32,000 bases of DNA from the NCBI RefSeq assembly GCF_000012465.1, contig NC_007335.2, positions 1,020,001 to 1,052,000 of the forward strand, in the 5' to 3' direction. Shown here piece after piece: positions 1-8,427 of the stretch. The stretch comes from Prochlorococcus marinus str. NATL2A (GTDB lineage Bacteria > Cyanobacteriota > Cyanobacteriia > PCC-6307 > Cyanobiaceae). The translations under genes were made by a program, and so were the position numbers. Numbering within the stretch: the stretch's first letter is position 1; each line of letters opens with the position of its first letter. The notes below the pieces were generated by a model, which ran no database searches, had not been told where the DNA came from, and saw only the letters and a list, made by a program, of their open reading frames with translations.

Positions 1-1113
1 TGCCTCGTCGATTGTTTCAGCCTTTGCTACGGCTACTCCCATTCGACGACCTTCCGTTGAGCTCGGCTTGCCAAACATGAATACATTTGTATTCGATTGG
101 CTTAAGGCTTGCTCAAGTCCCGTAAAAGCAACGTCTGTGGTTTCCATGGAAGCCAAAATCACTCTACTTGCAGAAGCTTCATGGCAAACTATTTCTGGGA
201 TTGGGATACCTAAAACAGCTCTAAGGTGTAATTCAAACTCATTTAAATTTTGGCTAATCAAAGTTACTAAGCCTGTGTCATGCGGTCTTGGTGATAGCTC
301 TGAAAAAATCACCTCCTCACCCTTAATAAAAAATTCAACTCCAAACAAACCTACTCCACCAAGATTATCGGTAACACGTTTGGCAATCTGTTGAGCCTTC
401 TCTAAGACACTTTCAGTTAATTCAGCTGGTTGCCAACTACATTGATAATCTCCATTTTTTTGCTCATGTCCTATAGGAGCACAAAATAATGTCTTACCAT
501 TAGATTGTCTAATAGTTAATAAAGTAATTTCCAAATCAAAATCAATAAATTCTTCTAATATGATTTTATTTGATTTACCTCTTGATTTTTCAATAGCCAA
601 ATTCCAAGCCTGTGCTAAATCATTCTTATTTTTAACTAAGCTTTGCCCTTTACCCGAAGAACTCATGACTGGCTTAATTAATAAAGGATACCCAATCGTC
701 TCTGCATGCAAATCAAGCTCAGATTGATTAACCGCATAACTAAATTTTGCAGTTCTTATATTTAATTCGTTAGAAGCCAAATCTCTAATTTTATCTCTAT
801 TCATTGTTATTGCAGTAGCTCTTGAGTTGGGTATTACTGTTATCTTTTGTTCGATTTCCTTTAGTACATCAACTGCAAGAGCCTCAATTTCAGGAATAAT
901 AATATCAGGATTACATTTATATATCACTTCTTTTAATTCACTACCGTTATTCATATTAAATACATTAAATTGATCAGCTATTTGCATTGCTGGAGCATCA
1001 TTGTACCTATCACATGCAATAACATAACAACCTAATCTCTTTGCTGCTATTGCTACCTCTTTCCCCAATTCTCCACTACCTAAAAGCATTATTTTCTTTG
1101 GAAAAACATTCAT
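1..1113 (-). CDS. purT: Phosphoribosylglycinamide formyltransferase 2 (ATP-grasp GAR transformylase); first 371 codons, C-terminus runs off the left edge
   Basis: Open to the window edge, so missing from the ORF track. Reverse translation from ATG at 1113 gives MNVFPKKIMLLGSGELGKEVAIAAKRLGCYVIACDRYNDAPAMQIADQ... and ends ...FMFGKPSSTEGRRMGVAVAKAETIDEA at base 1. These are typical PurT N- and C-terminal motifs. The + ORF 68-394 is antisense to it. Confidence 0.9.
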   Translation of the reverse strand, partial: MNVFPKKIMLLGSGELGKEVAIAAKRLGCYVIACDRYNDAPAMQIADQFNVFNMNNGSELKEVIYKCNPDIIIPEIEALAVDVLKEIEQKITVIPNSRATAITMNRDKIRDLASNELNIRTAKFSYAVNQSELDLHAETIGYPLLIKPVMSSSGKGQSLVKNKNDLAQAWNLAIEKSRGKSNKIILEEFIDFDLEITLLTIRQSNGKTLFCAPIGHEQKNGDYQCSWQPAELTESVLEKAQQIAKRVTDNLGGVGLFGVEFFIKGEEVIFSELSPRPHDTGLVTLISQNLNEFELHLRAVLGIPIPEIVCHEASASRVILASMETTDVAFTGLEQALSQSNTNVFMFGKPSSTEGRRMGVAVAKAETIDEA

Positions 1114-1480
1114 AATTATGTATAGGTCAAAAAAAATATATAAATATAATATCTCTAAAACAGAATCAATTATTAGAAAAAGAAGTAGAAATTAACAAGC
1201 ACACATGATTGAAGATGAGAAAAAATCCGATATAGGCAATTAACAGAGACACTGAAGTGGCGGGGGAGGGTTTTCTCAGTTCATCAGTGTACTTGACACT
1301 TATTGACAACTCAATTGATCAATCGCTGGTTAATTTTTAATTAGTTAAGTTAGCCATTTCAACCACCTCAAATAATATTTTGATTACTACTTCTGAGTAT
1401 TGCAATGGTGTTGATTGTAGACATTACCTACAACCAATCTGGCAACTATGGAAACGACCTTTAGGACAAACCTAAAAAAA

Positions 1481-1735
1481 TTATTCCTTTTTATAACCGC
1501 GTTTTAACCATTTTTCTCTCACTATTTTTGGACTAACAACTGCATATCCAATCCAAACGATCCACCCTAAAAAGAAAGACCACAAAAATAATCCCACTGC
1601 AAAATTTGCCAAGGCATGTCCTATTTCACCAACACATAGAAAGAAGATAGGTCCAAAAAGGAAGGCACCTAAAAACACTTTCCAGTTGATAACGACTACT
1701 TTGTGGCCGTTAGATGGATTATAAAATTCAGGCAT
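1481..1735 (-). CDS. Small membrane protein, 84 aa, two hydrophobic helices
   Basis: Track ORF with an ATG start. Hydrophobic core FLGAFLFGPIFFLCVGEIGHALANFAVGLFLWSFFLGWIVWIGYAVV and a basic C-terminus. Confidence 0.6.
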   Translation of the reverse strand: MPEFYNPSNGHKVVVINWKVFLGAFLFGPIFFLCVGEIGHALANFAVGLFLWSFFLGWIVWIGYAVVSPKIVREKWLKRGYKKE

Positions 1736-1856
1736 TACTTTAATCTATTGATACAATTTTTACATTAGTCCTATAAAGAGATGATTGGCAGTAAAAGCTC
1801 TTTACGAGTGGAGAAAAGTTAGTTAAAAGGAAAGAATAACTTCGACTTACTTAGTA

Positions 1857-2072
1857 ATGGTTGCTATGAAAAAAATTAAAGACTTCCGTGATTTGGAACA
1901 GTTCCCAGATTTAAAAGAAGCTCTTGTACCAGCTATTAAGACATTACCCTCCGGATCAATGAATACTAAAGTAGTCATTAGTGAAGGCGAAATTGTAGAA
2001 AGAGTGTATAAGACACCAAAAGGTGAAATCATATCTCTATTCCCAAATGATTTTTCGGAAGCTGCTGCCTAA
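1857..2072 (+). CDS. Hypothetical protein, 71 aa
   Basis: Track ORF with non-repetitive, protein-like composition. The antisense ORF 1847-2032 looks less protein-like. Confidence 0.45.
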   Translation: MVAMKKIKDFRDLEQFPDLKEALVPAIKTLPSGSMNTKVVISEGEIVERVYKTPKGEIISLFPNDFSEAAA

Positions 2073-2215
2073 ATGTTCTAGTTAAACTCAGTTATTATTT
2101 TTGTCACGGTCGGAAGGGTTAATTCTTATTGTTAGTACAACAAGAAAAGATGACCAAAGAATCATCCAATATTGAGCAAATATGTAATCCTAATTTTATT
2201 GTATTTAATTGATAA

Positions 2216-2608
2216 ATGTCTTCTAAAGAAGAAATCCTCTCCATACTCGAAGCGTTTGCCTCTACAGAGAGAATGGGATCATTCTTTTTAGACAATGCAA
2301 CCGCCGACTTTTTGTTTATAAGACCAAGTGGGAATCCCTTAGATGCAAAAGGTTTTGAAAACATGTGGTCCTCAGGAGATCTTGTATTAGAAAGCGCAGA
2401 AATCACAAAGGTACACAAATTTGAACTCTTAGGTTCAAATGCTGCAATATGTGTTTTTACACTAGGCTCAAAATTTACTTATAAAGGGACTCAAAATGAT
2501 GACCTCCCCACAGTTACTTCGATTTTTAAAAAGATTGATGAAAAATGGAAAGTAGCATGGATGCAAAGATCCTCAGGCCAATCAGATATGACTTTATGGA
2601 ACGAATAA
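2216..2608 (+). CDS. SnoaL/NTF2-like (DUF4440-type) protein, 130 aa
   Basis: Track ORF. Its size and pattern (EEILSILEAF...FLFIRPSG...KIDEKWKVAWMQRS) resemble NTF2-fold DUF4440 proteins. Family assignment is from memory only. Confidence 0.55.
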   Translation: MSSKEEILSILEAFASTERMGSFFLDNATADFLFIRPSGNPLDAKGFENMWSSGDLVLESAEITKVHKFELLGSNAAICVFTLGSKFTYKGTQNDDLPTVTSIFKKIDEKWKVAWMQRSSGQSDMTLWNE

Positions 2609-2722
2609 TTTATATTTCCTTCTTAATGGTTAAGTATTCGTAAATTCTATTTATATCCTTACGTCTGAAGTAATCATTCAAACATAGAGATAATTTAAAA
2701 GAGAAACAGATAATTGTCGTAA

Positions 2723-2899
2723 ATGCAAGAAAAGCCAAATGTTGAAGAGTTAATTGCAGATTCAATGAAATTGCTCTTAGTTAGAGCACAAAAATTACCT
2801 CAAAGGGAAAGGTTGGCAATTGCTCAAGAGTTTAGAGAATGGCTAAATGGTAATTGCAAAGTTGAAGATATATTGATTCTAGATACAAGAATCAAATAG
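2723..2899 (+). CDS. Hypothetical small protein, 58 aa
   Basis: Hand translation gives MQEKPNVEELIADSMKLLLVRAQKLPQRERLAIAQEFREWLNGNCKVEDILILDTRIK. It is followed about 90 nt later by a hairpin terminator. Confidence 0.4.
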   Translation: MQEKPNVEELIADSMKLLLVRAQKLPQRERLAIAQEFREWLNGNCKVEDILILDTRIK

Positions 2900-2985
2900 A
2901 AATAACTACATAAAGTTGATAATCATCAATACTACTTATTTAATTGTTGGGTGTTTATTAACCCAATAATCACTCTAATGCAATT

Positions 2986-3029
2986 AAAAAGGCCCCTTCC
3001 GTAATGACAGAGAAGAGGCCTTTTTTTTA
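2986..3029. terminator. Bidirectional rho-independent terminator between convergent genes
   Basis: Stem AGGCCCCTTC (2990-2999) pairs with GAAGAGGCCT (3012-3021) at 9 of 10 positions. It is flanked by A5 upstream and T9 downstream, so it reads as hairpin plus U-tract on both strands. Confidence 0.6.
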
Positions 3030-3048
3030 TTTGATTTGAAAGGTAGGA

Positions 3049-3174
3049 CTATACAATTCCTGGGATGATCCAGCCTGTAATTCCGTAGTTAATCACAGCC
3101 GCAAAGAAGCCCATCATCGCAAGGCGGCCATTCATTTGCTCGGCTGTTTTCCAGTAGTTAGTTTCTTTGTTCAT
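3049..3174 (-). CDS. hli: High-light-inducible protein (HLIP, one-helix CAB-like), 41 aa
   Basis: Hand translation gives MNKETNYWKTAEQMNGRLAMMGFFAAVINYGITGWIIPGIV. It has the E-x-x-NGR-x-AM chlorophyll-binding motif and a typical IPG C-terminus. Its ATG overlaps the upstream stop as TAATG. Confidence 0.85.
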   Translation of the reverse strand: MNKETNYWKTAEQMNGRLAMMGFFAAVINYGITGWIIPGIV

Positions 3175-3320
3175 TACACGAAACCTGGAATGATTTGACC
3201 TGTTGTTAGATATGCACCAACAAGAGCTAAGCAGCCAATAGATGCAGCTAGGCCATTAAGTCTTTCTGCAATGACTTTAGCTTCTTCTACTCTTGGAGTT
3301 TCAGTCGTTTGGTTTTTCAT
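3174..3320 (-). CDS. hli: High-light-inducible protein, 48 aa
   Basis: Hand translation gives MKNQTTETPRVEEAKVIAERLNGLAASIGCLALVGAYLTTGQIIPGFV. It has TAATG overlaps at both ends. Confidence 0.85.
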   Translation of the reverse strand: MKNQTTETPRVEEAKVIAERLNGLAASIGCLALVGAYLTTGQIIPGFV

Positions 3321-3439
3321 TAAACAACACCTGGGATAAGTTGACCGGTTGTTAGGTAGATACCTGTTAGAAGAACGAATGCCATCATGGCTGGTCTGCC
3401 GATGCTTCTTTCTAGGATTGTTTTGTTAGATGGTTGCAT
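3320..3439 (-). CDS. hli: High-light-inducible protein, 39 aa
   Basis: Hand translation, checked base by base, gives MQPSNKTILERSIGRPAMMAFVLLTGIYLTTGQLIPGVV. Confidence 0.8.
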   Translation of the reverse strand: MQPSNKTILERSIGRPAMMAFVLLTGIYLTTGQLIPGVV

Positions 3440-3473
3440 TGTTTTTAATAGTTACTTATTAGTAGTTATTGGT

Positions 3474-3689
3474 TTAGAAAATTCCAGGAATGATTTGACC
3501 TGTTGTGAAGTATGAAACCAAAAGGCTGACCATCCCGATCATTGCCCAACGGCCATTTGTCTTCTCAGCTTCTTCTGGATAGCTGGTGTAGTCCTCTACA
3601 AGCTGTGGCTGTGTTTCACGGCCAAAGATGTTTTGCTTGCCGTACTCAGTGATTACCTGAGAAGAAGCTGCGTTGGAAGAAGTTGTCAT
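3474..3689 (-). CDS. hli: High-light-inducible protein, 71 aa (long N-terminal form)
   Basis: Track ORF ending ...EEAEKTNGRWAMIGMVSLLVSYFTTGQIIPGIF. Confidence 0.9.
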   Translation of the reverse strand: MTTSSNAASSQVITEYGKQNIFGRETQPQLVEDYTSYPEEAEKTNGRWAMIGMVSLLVSYFTTGQIIPGIF

Positions 3690-3704
3690 TACTGGGATTG
3701 CGTT

Positions 3705-3722
3705 GATGTGAATGAATGTAAA
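3705..3722 (-). promoter_or_regulatory. HLR1-like direct repeat (candidate RpaB box) upstream of the hli operon
   Basis: The minus strand reads TTTACATT-CA-TTCACATC, 16-33 nt upstream of the first hli ATG. The HLR1 consensus is (G/T)TTACA(T/A)(T/A)-N2-(G/T)TTACA(T/A)(T/A). The first half is perfect and the second matches 6 of 8. Confidence 0.45.
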
Positions 3723-3820
3723 GTATGAATTTTCTAAATGAAAGATACGGTCGGGTACGGCTTACTCACTTTATGAAAATCTTAAAGCGAATTTCAACAA
3801 CAATTTCAACTAACTTGAAT

Positions 3821-4021
3821 TTATGGGATCAAATATAAAATTGCTAAATCTTGATTAGATTCTGCGACTTTTCTTCTTAAAAAAGTTAATGCTTCATCAT
3901 TCATATGTGACTCAGCTATCATTTTTTCAGCTTCATTGATACCGTGCTCAAGATTTTTAATTTTTAATTGAAGAATTTCCCTATCTTTTCTGCACTGCTC
4001 CAATGTAAAGTCATCGATCAT
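3821..4021 (-). CDS. Hypothetical coiled-coil-like protein, 66 aa
   Basis: Track ORF with an ATG start and a charged heptad-like sequence, QLKIKNLEHGINEAEKMIAESH. Confidence 0.5.
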   Translation of the reverse strand: MIDDFTLEQCRKDREILQLKIKNLEHGINEAEKMIAESHMNDEALTFLRRKVAESNQDLAILYLIP

Positions 4022-4054
4022 TTCAGAATATTTTAATCAGTTAAATAACCCCTA

Positions 4055-4786
4055 TCAGTTTAATAGGTCAAACAATATATTTAAAAACTCTAGTCTGGAT
4101 TCTAGTGTTTTAAGACCAAATTCTTTTTGTTGTTGTTTAAGAATGGATTGACCATCAGTCCCTAATGCGGAAGAAATAAATTTTTGATCTTCTAAAATCC
4201 AGGTATTAACCATATCATCGTCTATCTCAACGTGAAATTGAATCCCATAAGCTAATGAACTAATACTAAATAATTGCTCCTTACATCGATAACTACTGGC
4301 AATCAGCTCTGCAGTATTAGGCAATAAGATTCTATCTCCATGCCAATGCAGGACAGGGAAAGAATGATTTAAAAGAGTTGTCAGTTTGCAGTTATTGTCT
4401 AATGATTGAGGAAAGATATTGTCCCACCCAATTTCAACTAATGGTTGATGATATAGCTCATCCTGAAGCCTTTCAACATCACCACCAGCTGCATAGGCTA
4501 AAAGCTGTGCTCCCAAACATACTCCTATTATTCCAACATCTTGATTTAAGGCTTCTTTTATTAGACCAACTTCTTCAATAAGCCATGGATAAGTTGAAGT
4601 TCCTAAATCTCTTATACCCATAGGTCCACCTAACACCAAAAGCAAATCTCCATTCCTAAGTTCTGGAAGAGAGTCTCCAAGATCTAAACGAAAAGTACAA
4701 ACAGTAAACCCCCTTTCCTTCGCAACTTTGGCAAAGAGTCCAGGTCGCTCGCGAGCTAAATGCTGGAGAACAAGTAAACGACTCAT
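4055..4786 (-). CDS. Class-I glutamine amidotransferase (GATase1, GuaA-N-like), 243 aa
   Basis: Track ORF with LLVLGGPMG, the nucleophile elbow GVCLGAQLLA, and a later FHVE segment consistent with the His/Glu of the triad. Confidence 0.85.
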   Translation of the reverse strand: MSRLLVLQHLARERPGLFAKVAKERGFTVCTFRLDLGDSLPELRNGDLLLVLGGPMGIRDLGTSTYPWLIEEVGLIKEALNQDVGIIGVCLGAQLLAYAAGGDVERLQDELYHQPLVEIGWDNIFPQSLDNNCKLTTLLNHSFPVLHWHGDRILLPNTAELIASSYRCKEQLFSISSLAYGIQFHVEIDDDMVNTWILEDQKFISSALGTDGQSILKQQQKEFGLKTLESRLEFLNILFDLLN

Positions 4787-4793
4787 TAATAAA

Positions 4794-5033
4794 TTAAAAA
4801 TCTACATTTTCATTTGGAGTAAAAACTGAGCAATACAATTTGATGAATAGCTCTGCCTCACTTTCCTCTTTACCTTCATATTTGAGTTTGAGATCTTTTA
4901 TTGCGACTAAAGCTGTTTTCTCTTTCAACCTATATCTTGCACAAGTATCTAAAACTTTAAACATTCGGGTAGTAACAGCTTCCGAAGGAGTGATTAGTAC
5001 GAAAAAGACAGGTAATAGTAGTAAATATTTCAT
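4794..5033 (-). CDS. Secreted small two-Cys protein, 79 aa
   Basis: Signal peptide MKYLLLLPVFFVLITPSEA. The mature part has C-x35-C (DTCARYRL...IKLYCSVF). It resembles the ORFs at 7373-7579 and 21435-21686. Confidence 0.6.
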   Translation of the reverse strand: MKYLLLLPVFFVLITPSEAVTTRMFKVLDTCARYRLKEKTALVAIKDLKLKYEGKEESEAELFIKLYCSVFTPNENVDF

Positions 5034-5042
5034 AGGGATAAT

Positions 5043-5177
5043 TCAATCATCTTTTTTAGAGAATGCTCTAGAGCGTTGGAACCACTTATTGCTTTTATAC
5101 AAAAGAAAAAACATTATAGACAAAAGAAAGAAAGTAAAAGCTTCTAAGTAAATAAATATCTGATCATCCAAATTCAT
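5043..5177 (-). CDS. Single-TM micro-protein, 44 aa
   Basis: Hand translation gives MNLDDQIFIYLEAFTFFLLSIMFFLLYKSNKWFQRSRAFSKKDD. Its stop lies 10 nt upstream of the 4794-5033 gene. Confidence 0.35.
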   Translation of the reverse strand: MNLDDQIFIYLEAFTFFLLSIMFFLLYKSNKWFQRSRAFSKKDD

Positions 5178-5200
5178 AATTTTTTTTAATTGTCATTTAA

Positions 5201-5446
5201 TTAGAGTTGCTTAAGTTCTTCATCGGTTAATGCGCAAAAACCATCTGAACATCTCTCAGGTTTATTAAAATCTGCAACAGACTCCGATCCACCGATAATT
5301 AAATTATGTTTTGACATTTTATAAAACATCTCGTGAACAGAATCACTAAACTTTTTTTCCTTCTCATACTCTAATTCGCACGGATCAATATTGTTATCGA
5401 ACCATTCATCATATTGAATATAATTTGGCTTTGCATAATACGTCAT
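5201..5446 (-). CDS. Hypothetical protein, 81 aa
   Basis: Track ORF with an ATG start and an acidic, Cys-containing sequence. Confidence 0.5.
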   Translation of the reverse strand: MTYYAKPNYIQYDEWFDNNIDPCELEYEKEKKFSDSVHEMFYKMSKHNLIIGGSESVADFNKPERCSDGFCALTDEELKQL

Positions 5447-5638
5447 ATACCTAGACTAATACGACATAGGAATAATTACCACCCATGCAAGTCAAAGCTT
5501 GTTTGTTTTTTTTTCAACAAATTCCTTAAGATATTCCTTTTTAAGTAGCTTTTTTCTTTCTTTCAAGAATTTTTTTAATTGTTGCAACTTCAAATCAATC
5601 AGTGAAAAAATTCAGGACAGATTCAATGTACATCAAAG

Positions 5639-6043
5639 TTAGTTTGATGTAGTGCATTTTGGAGAACCATCATTTCCATCAAGCTTTTTAATTTTGGATA
5701 TGTCCAAATCAGATATCCCCAGCCCATATAATTCAGCGATCTTTGTCATCGCTAAGCCCTCTGCACCTGTCCATGCTTCAGCCAATACCGACCAAGTTTT
5801 TTGACTAAATTCAACTCCCAGATTTTCGTTGTTGGCTCTTTTTTTATCTATCTCCACCACTTTCTGCAGCCCCTGCGTAGATAGATGACTTTTAATTCTT
5901 AAGAAAACAACCTCCAACATTGAATAATAGAACTTTTCCATAGCCTTGTTATATGCCCATTCAGCTTCTTTTTGTGCCTTTTTTGCGGATTCGGTTGTAA
6001 TCTCCAGGCTCATTTGTTTTTCGATAATTTGTTTCTTTCTCAT
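5639..6043 (-). CDS. Hypothetical protein, 134 aa
   Basis: Track ORF. There is no competing ORF on the other strand. Confidence 0.55.
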   Translation of the reverse strand: MRKKQIIEKQMSLEITTESAKKAQKEAEWAYNKAMEKFYYSMLEVVFLRIKSHLSTQGLQKVVEIDKKRANNENLGVEFSQKTWSVLAEAWTGAEGLAMTKIAELYGLGISDLDISKIKKLDGNDGSPKCTTSN

Positions 6044-6197
6044 ATCATAGTTTTCTGAATTATCTCTTTAGGGATGAAATTTGAAAATCAGCTTGTAAAT
6101 AAATAATTTAGAAAAGTGCTATCCTCAAAATAAAATAACTTTATACACACTACATGTCTTTTAAACCTATGAATTTGTCAATTAGATTAAATTAAAG

Positions 6198-6482
6198 ATG
6201 TCTTTAGAACTTACAGAAATAGTCAAAGATTTTATAGCAACAAAACTCCTCTCAAAAGTTGAACTAGATTTTTTAGAGAGTGAACTGTGGGAAACACTCG
6301 AGCATATCGATGAAATAACTTCTTTAACCTCTGCTCCAATTGATATTTCAAAAGAATTGAAATTAAAAGATGGTTCATCATGGCAATTATGTTGTGCAGT
6401 AATACTTGATGCTGCAAGGCCCCAAAAAAACTCTCGCGCTAAAAAACTTAAAAAATTAATAGAAAAATTTTCTCTCCATTAG
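6198..6482 (+). CDS. Hypothetical protein, 94 aa
   Basis: Track ORF. The antisense ORF 6232-6417 is compositionally poorer. Confidence 0.5.
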   Translation: MSLELTEIVKDFIATKLLSKVELDFLESELWETLEHIDEITSLTSAPIDISKELKLKDGSSWQLCCAVILDAARPQKNSRAKKLKKLIEKFSLH

Positions 6483-6540
6483 TTATCCTTCTTGGAATTG
6501 ATATTTTATGATTTGCAATCTTTCATCAGCAATTGAAGTC

Positions 6541-7017
6541 TCACTTATTTAATAAAACAATCTTTCTAAGTTTATAAAAAAACATTCCAGTTTTCTCATA
6601 AAGATGTTTTGGTTCTTTTTTTAATTCTAATTCATATGGATTGATAAAAATAGTCAAGAATATTCTTAACGTAGTATAAAAATTTTTACTGGACTTTAGA
6701 TCATAATAATTTTCATTTCTCAATTTATAAATTGTATGCTTATTTAAAAAAGTCTCTAGAGAGTTAAGGACTATAACTTTCTCCTTTTTACTGATTGTAG
6801 ACAATAAAACCATCAACCCTTTTAATGATGATTCATCTCCATCGATAACGTTTCTAAGAACGCTTTGATAAAGATTCTCCCACTTGTATGGTTCACTACT
6901 AAAAAGATTAGAAGCCGGTTCCTTTGGATTAAGCTTTAACAGTCTCTTTTTTTCATCATTCTCGTTTTGCTCAGAATTCCAATATTCATACAAGGGCGAT
7001 GTTTGAGCGATATTCAT
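6541..7017 (-). CDS. Hypothetical protein, 158 aa
   Basis: Track ORF with an ATG start and no recognisable domain. Confidence 0.55.
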   Translation of the reverse strand: MNIAQTSPLYEYWNSEQNENDEKKRLLKLNPKEPASNLFSSEPYKWENLYQSVLRNVIDGDESSLKGLMVLLSTISKKEKVIVLNSLETFLNKHTIYKLRNENYYDLKSSKNFYTTLRIFLTIFINPYELELKKEPKHLYEKTGMFFYKLRKIVLLNK

Positions 7018-7059
7018 GCGAATTTGGCTAAGCGATAATTAACAAGGAGAAATAGATAA

Positions 7060-7278
7060 TTAGCAATTACACAAATCAGGGTATCCATTTTCACACCAGT
7101 GCAGTGCATGTTCACCTGTTATTTCACAAGTGTATAGATCTGCTTCATTAGGCGGGGTCCATTTAAAATTAGATGGCAGTGCTGTTCCTCCACCGATATT
7201 TGTCCCACATCCAGTTATCAATATTAGCAGAGGAAGAAAAAACAACATACTCCATATGTCGAAGTTCGTATTTGTCAT
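7060..7278 (-). CDS. Putative lipoprotein, about 72 aa (start uncertain: ATG 7278 or ATG 7248)
   Basis: The track ORF begins at a TTG at 7305. The in-frame ATGs give ...MLFFLPLLILITGCGTNIGGG, which has a lipobox-like LITGC. Confidence 0.5.
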   Translation of the reverse strand: MTNTNFDIWSMLFFLPLLILITGCGTNIGGGTALPSNFKWTPPNEADLYTCEITGEHALHWCENGYPDLCNC

Positions 7279-7372
7279 ATAAATATCAAATAATCTCCTG
7301 CACAATTATTTACAGTAAAAGATTAAGAATCAACTACATTTATTAGATATATATAAAAAAAGAAATCAGAAA

Positions 7373-7579
7373 CTACGCACAAAATATTTTTGCAGTATTG
7401 GTAATGCCTATTGAGTAATCATTAATATCTAAATCCAGAGCCTCTAGGGTTTTCAGAGCGTCTATTTTACCAGCCGCAAAACTTTGGCAAACAGAATTAA
7501 CCTGAGAAGATCTTGATGCATACATTTTTGTAGGGAACAAAAAGCTCAAGGTTATTGGCAAAACTATAAGAAATTTCAT
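7373..7579 (-). CDS. Secreted small two-Cys protein, 68 aa
   Basis: Signal peptide MKFLIVLPITLSFLFPTKMYA. The mature part has C-x35-C (SVCQSF...AKIFCA). Confidence 0.6.
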   Translation of the reverse strand: MKFLIVLPITLSFLFPTKMYASRSSQVNSVCQSFAAGKIDALKTLEALDLDINDYSIGITNTAKIFCA

Positions 7580-7586
7580 TTTAATT

Positions 7587-7790
7587 TTAGCTATTTTGAA
7601 AAGTTCTCTCCAATGAACTCACTTGAGCTCGATATGCATCTCCCTTATTGCCACATAATTTCTCGTGATCAGTTAAAGGAATCCAAGACCAATCGAGTCT
7701 TTTGGTTAAAGACCAAAACATAATGATGTGACCAATAAAAAGGATGGGCCAGTCAAGTCCTATAAACTCAGAATGAAAAACAGGGTGCAT
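7587..7790 (-). CDS. Hypothetical protein, 67 aa (possibly a gene remnant)
   Basis: Track ORF MHPVFHSEFIGLDWPILFIGHIIMFW... The upstream ORF 7798-7986 has a TTG start and poor composition. Confidence 0.35.
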   Translation of the reverse strand: MHPVFHSEFIGLDWPILFIGHIIMFWSLTKRLDWSWIPLTDHEKLCGNKGDAYRAQVSSLERTFQNS

Positions 7791-8080
7791 TGGTCAATCA
7801 ACAGGGACTGTAGAACAAATTTGGAAGGAACAAGCCAGAACTCTGAGAAAAGAGTTTTCCTAAGAGACAGTATTGGCAGCGAAATAGGCTTGTAGATATC
7901 AAGCTTTTGCAGAAAAACTGCACTTCGGTCAATCTAACCACTTCCCCTATTGCCAATTGGATGGATAAGGTAGGGAGAACCAGCAAGAGAGATGTAAAGC
8001 AAAAAGAAAAAAAAGGTTAAAAAACAAAGATTATGACCTATTTCATCCTAAAAAATCACTGATTTAAAATCTTTCAAATA

Positions 8081-8251
8081 ATGAGTGGCGACAATTTGCT
8101 CGGTGAGCAACCTCTAAAGTTTTACTCAGAAGAGGTGACTGAAACCAAAATCGAGCTAGTTCATCGCTTGCTAATACTTAATGCTCAGAAAAACACAATA
8201 ATAGATTTAGATAGGAAACACAAAGAATGGGGAAATGAATTAGCAAGTTAA
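8081..8251 (+). CDS. Small protein of the MSGD...KFYS family, 56 aa
   Basis: Hand translation gives MSGDNLLGEQPLKFYSEEVTETKIELVHRLLILNAQKNTIIDLDRKHKEWGNELAS. A paralogue sits at 26928-27068. Confidence 0.5.
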   Translation: MSGDNLLGEQPLKFYSEEVTETKIELVHRLLILNAQKNTIIDLDRKHKEWGNELAS

Positions 8252-8427
8252 AAAAATATGCTCAATTATGTTTGGCAAAGGTTTTTAATACATATTTTTG
8301 CTTATTAGTTTTATAGATCTAACTTTCAATCCTCAAGATTATTAAAATCCAAAGTTAATTCACACTATTTTTTTTCGTAAGATATATTAATTTGTATAGT
8401 TTAAGTTTTACGAGATTTTTCAAATTG

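Noticed and set aside
68-394. Track ORF (108 aa, +) at the left edge
   Set aside because: It lies entirely antisense to the unambiguous purT reading frame (1-1113, minus), and its composition is not protein-like.
1240-1295. Locally G-rich stretch (GGCGGGGGAGGG) flanked by inverted repeat ACACTGA/TCAGTGT in the purT upstream spacer
   Set aside because: The stem is short, there is no terminator or second copy, and it matches no known RNA motif that I can name. It may simply be promoter-region sequence.
1847-2418. Track ORFs 1847-2032 (-) and 2119-2418 (-)
   Set aside because: They overlap more protein-like ORFs on the + strand (1857-2072 and 2216-2608).
4378-5151. Track ORFs 4378-4581 (+) and 4840-5151 (+)
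   Set aside because: They are antisense to the glutamine amidotransferase and to the secreted 79-aa and 44-aa genes respectively, and their composition is low-complexity.
7587-7986. Possible decayed methyltransferase-like gene (HP-x-F...GD-x-Y-x-x-Y resemblance to ICMT/PEMT C-termini)
   Set aside because: The resemblance rests on a handful of residues, and I could not reconstruct a convincing frameshifted upstream half by eye.
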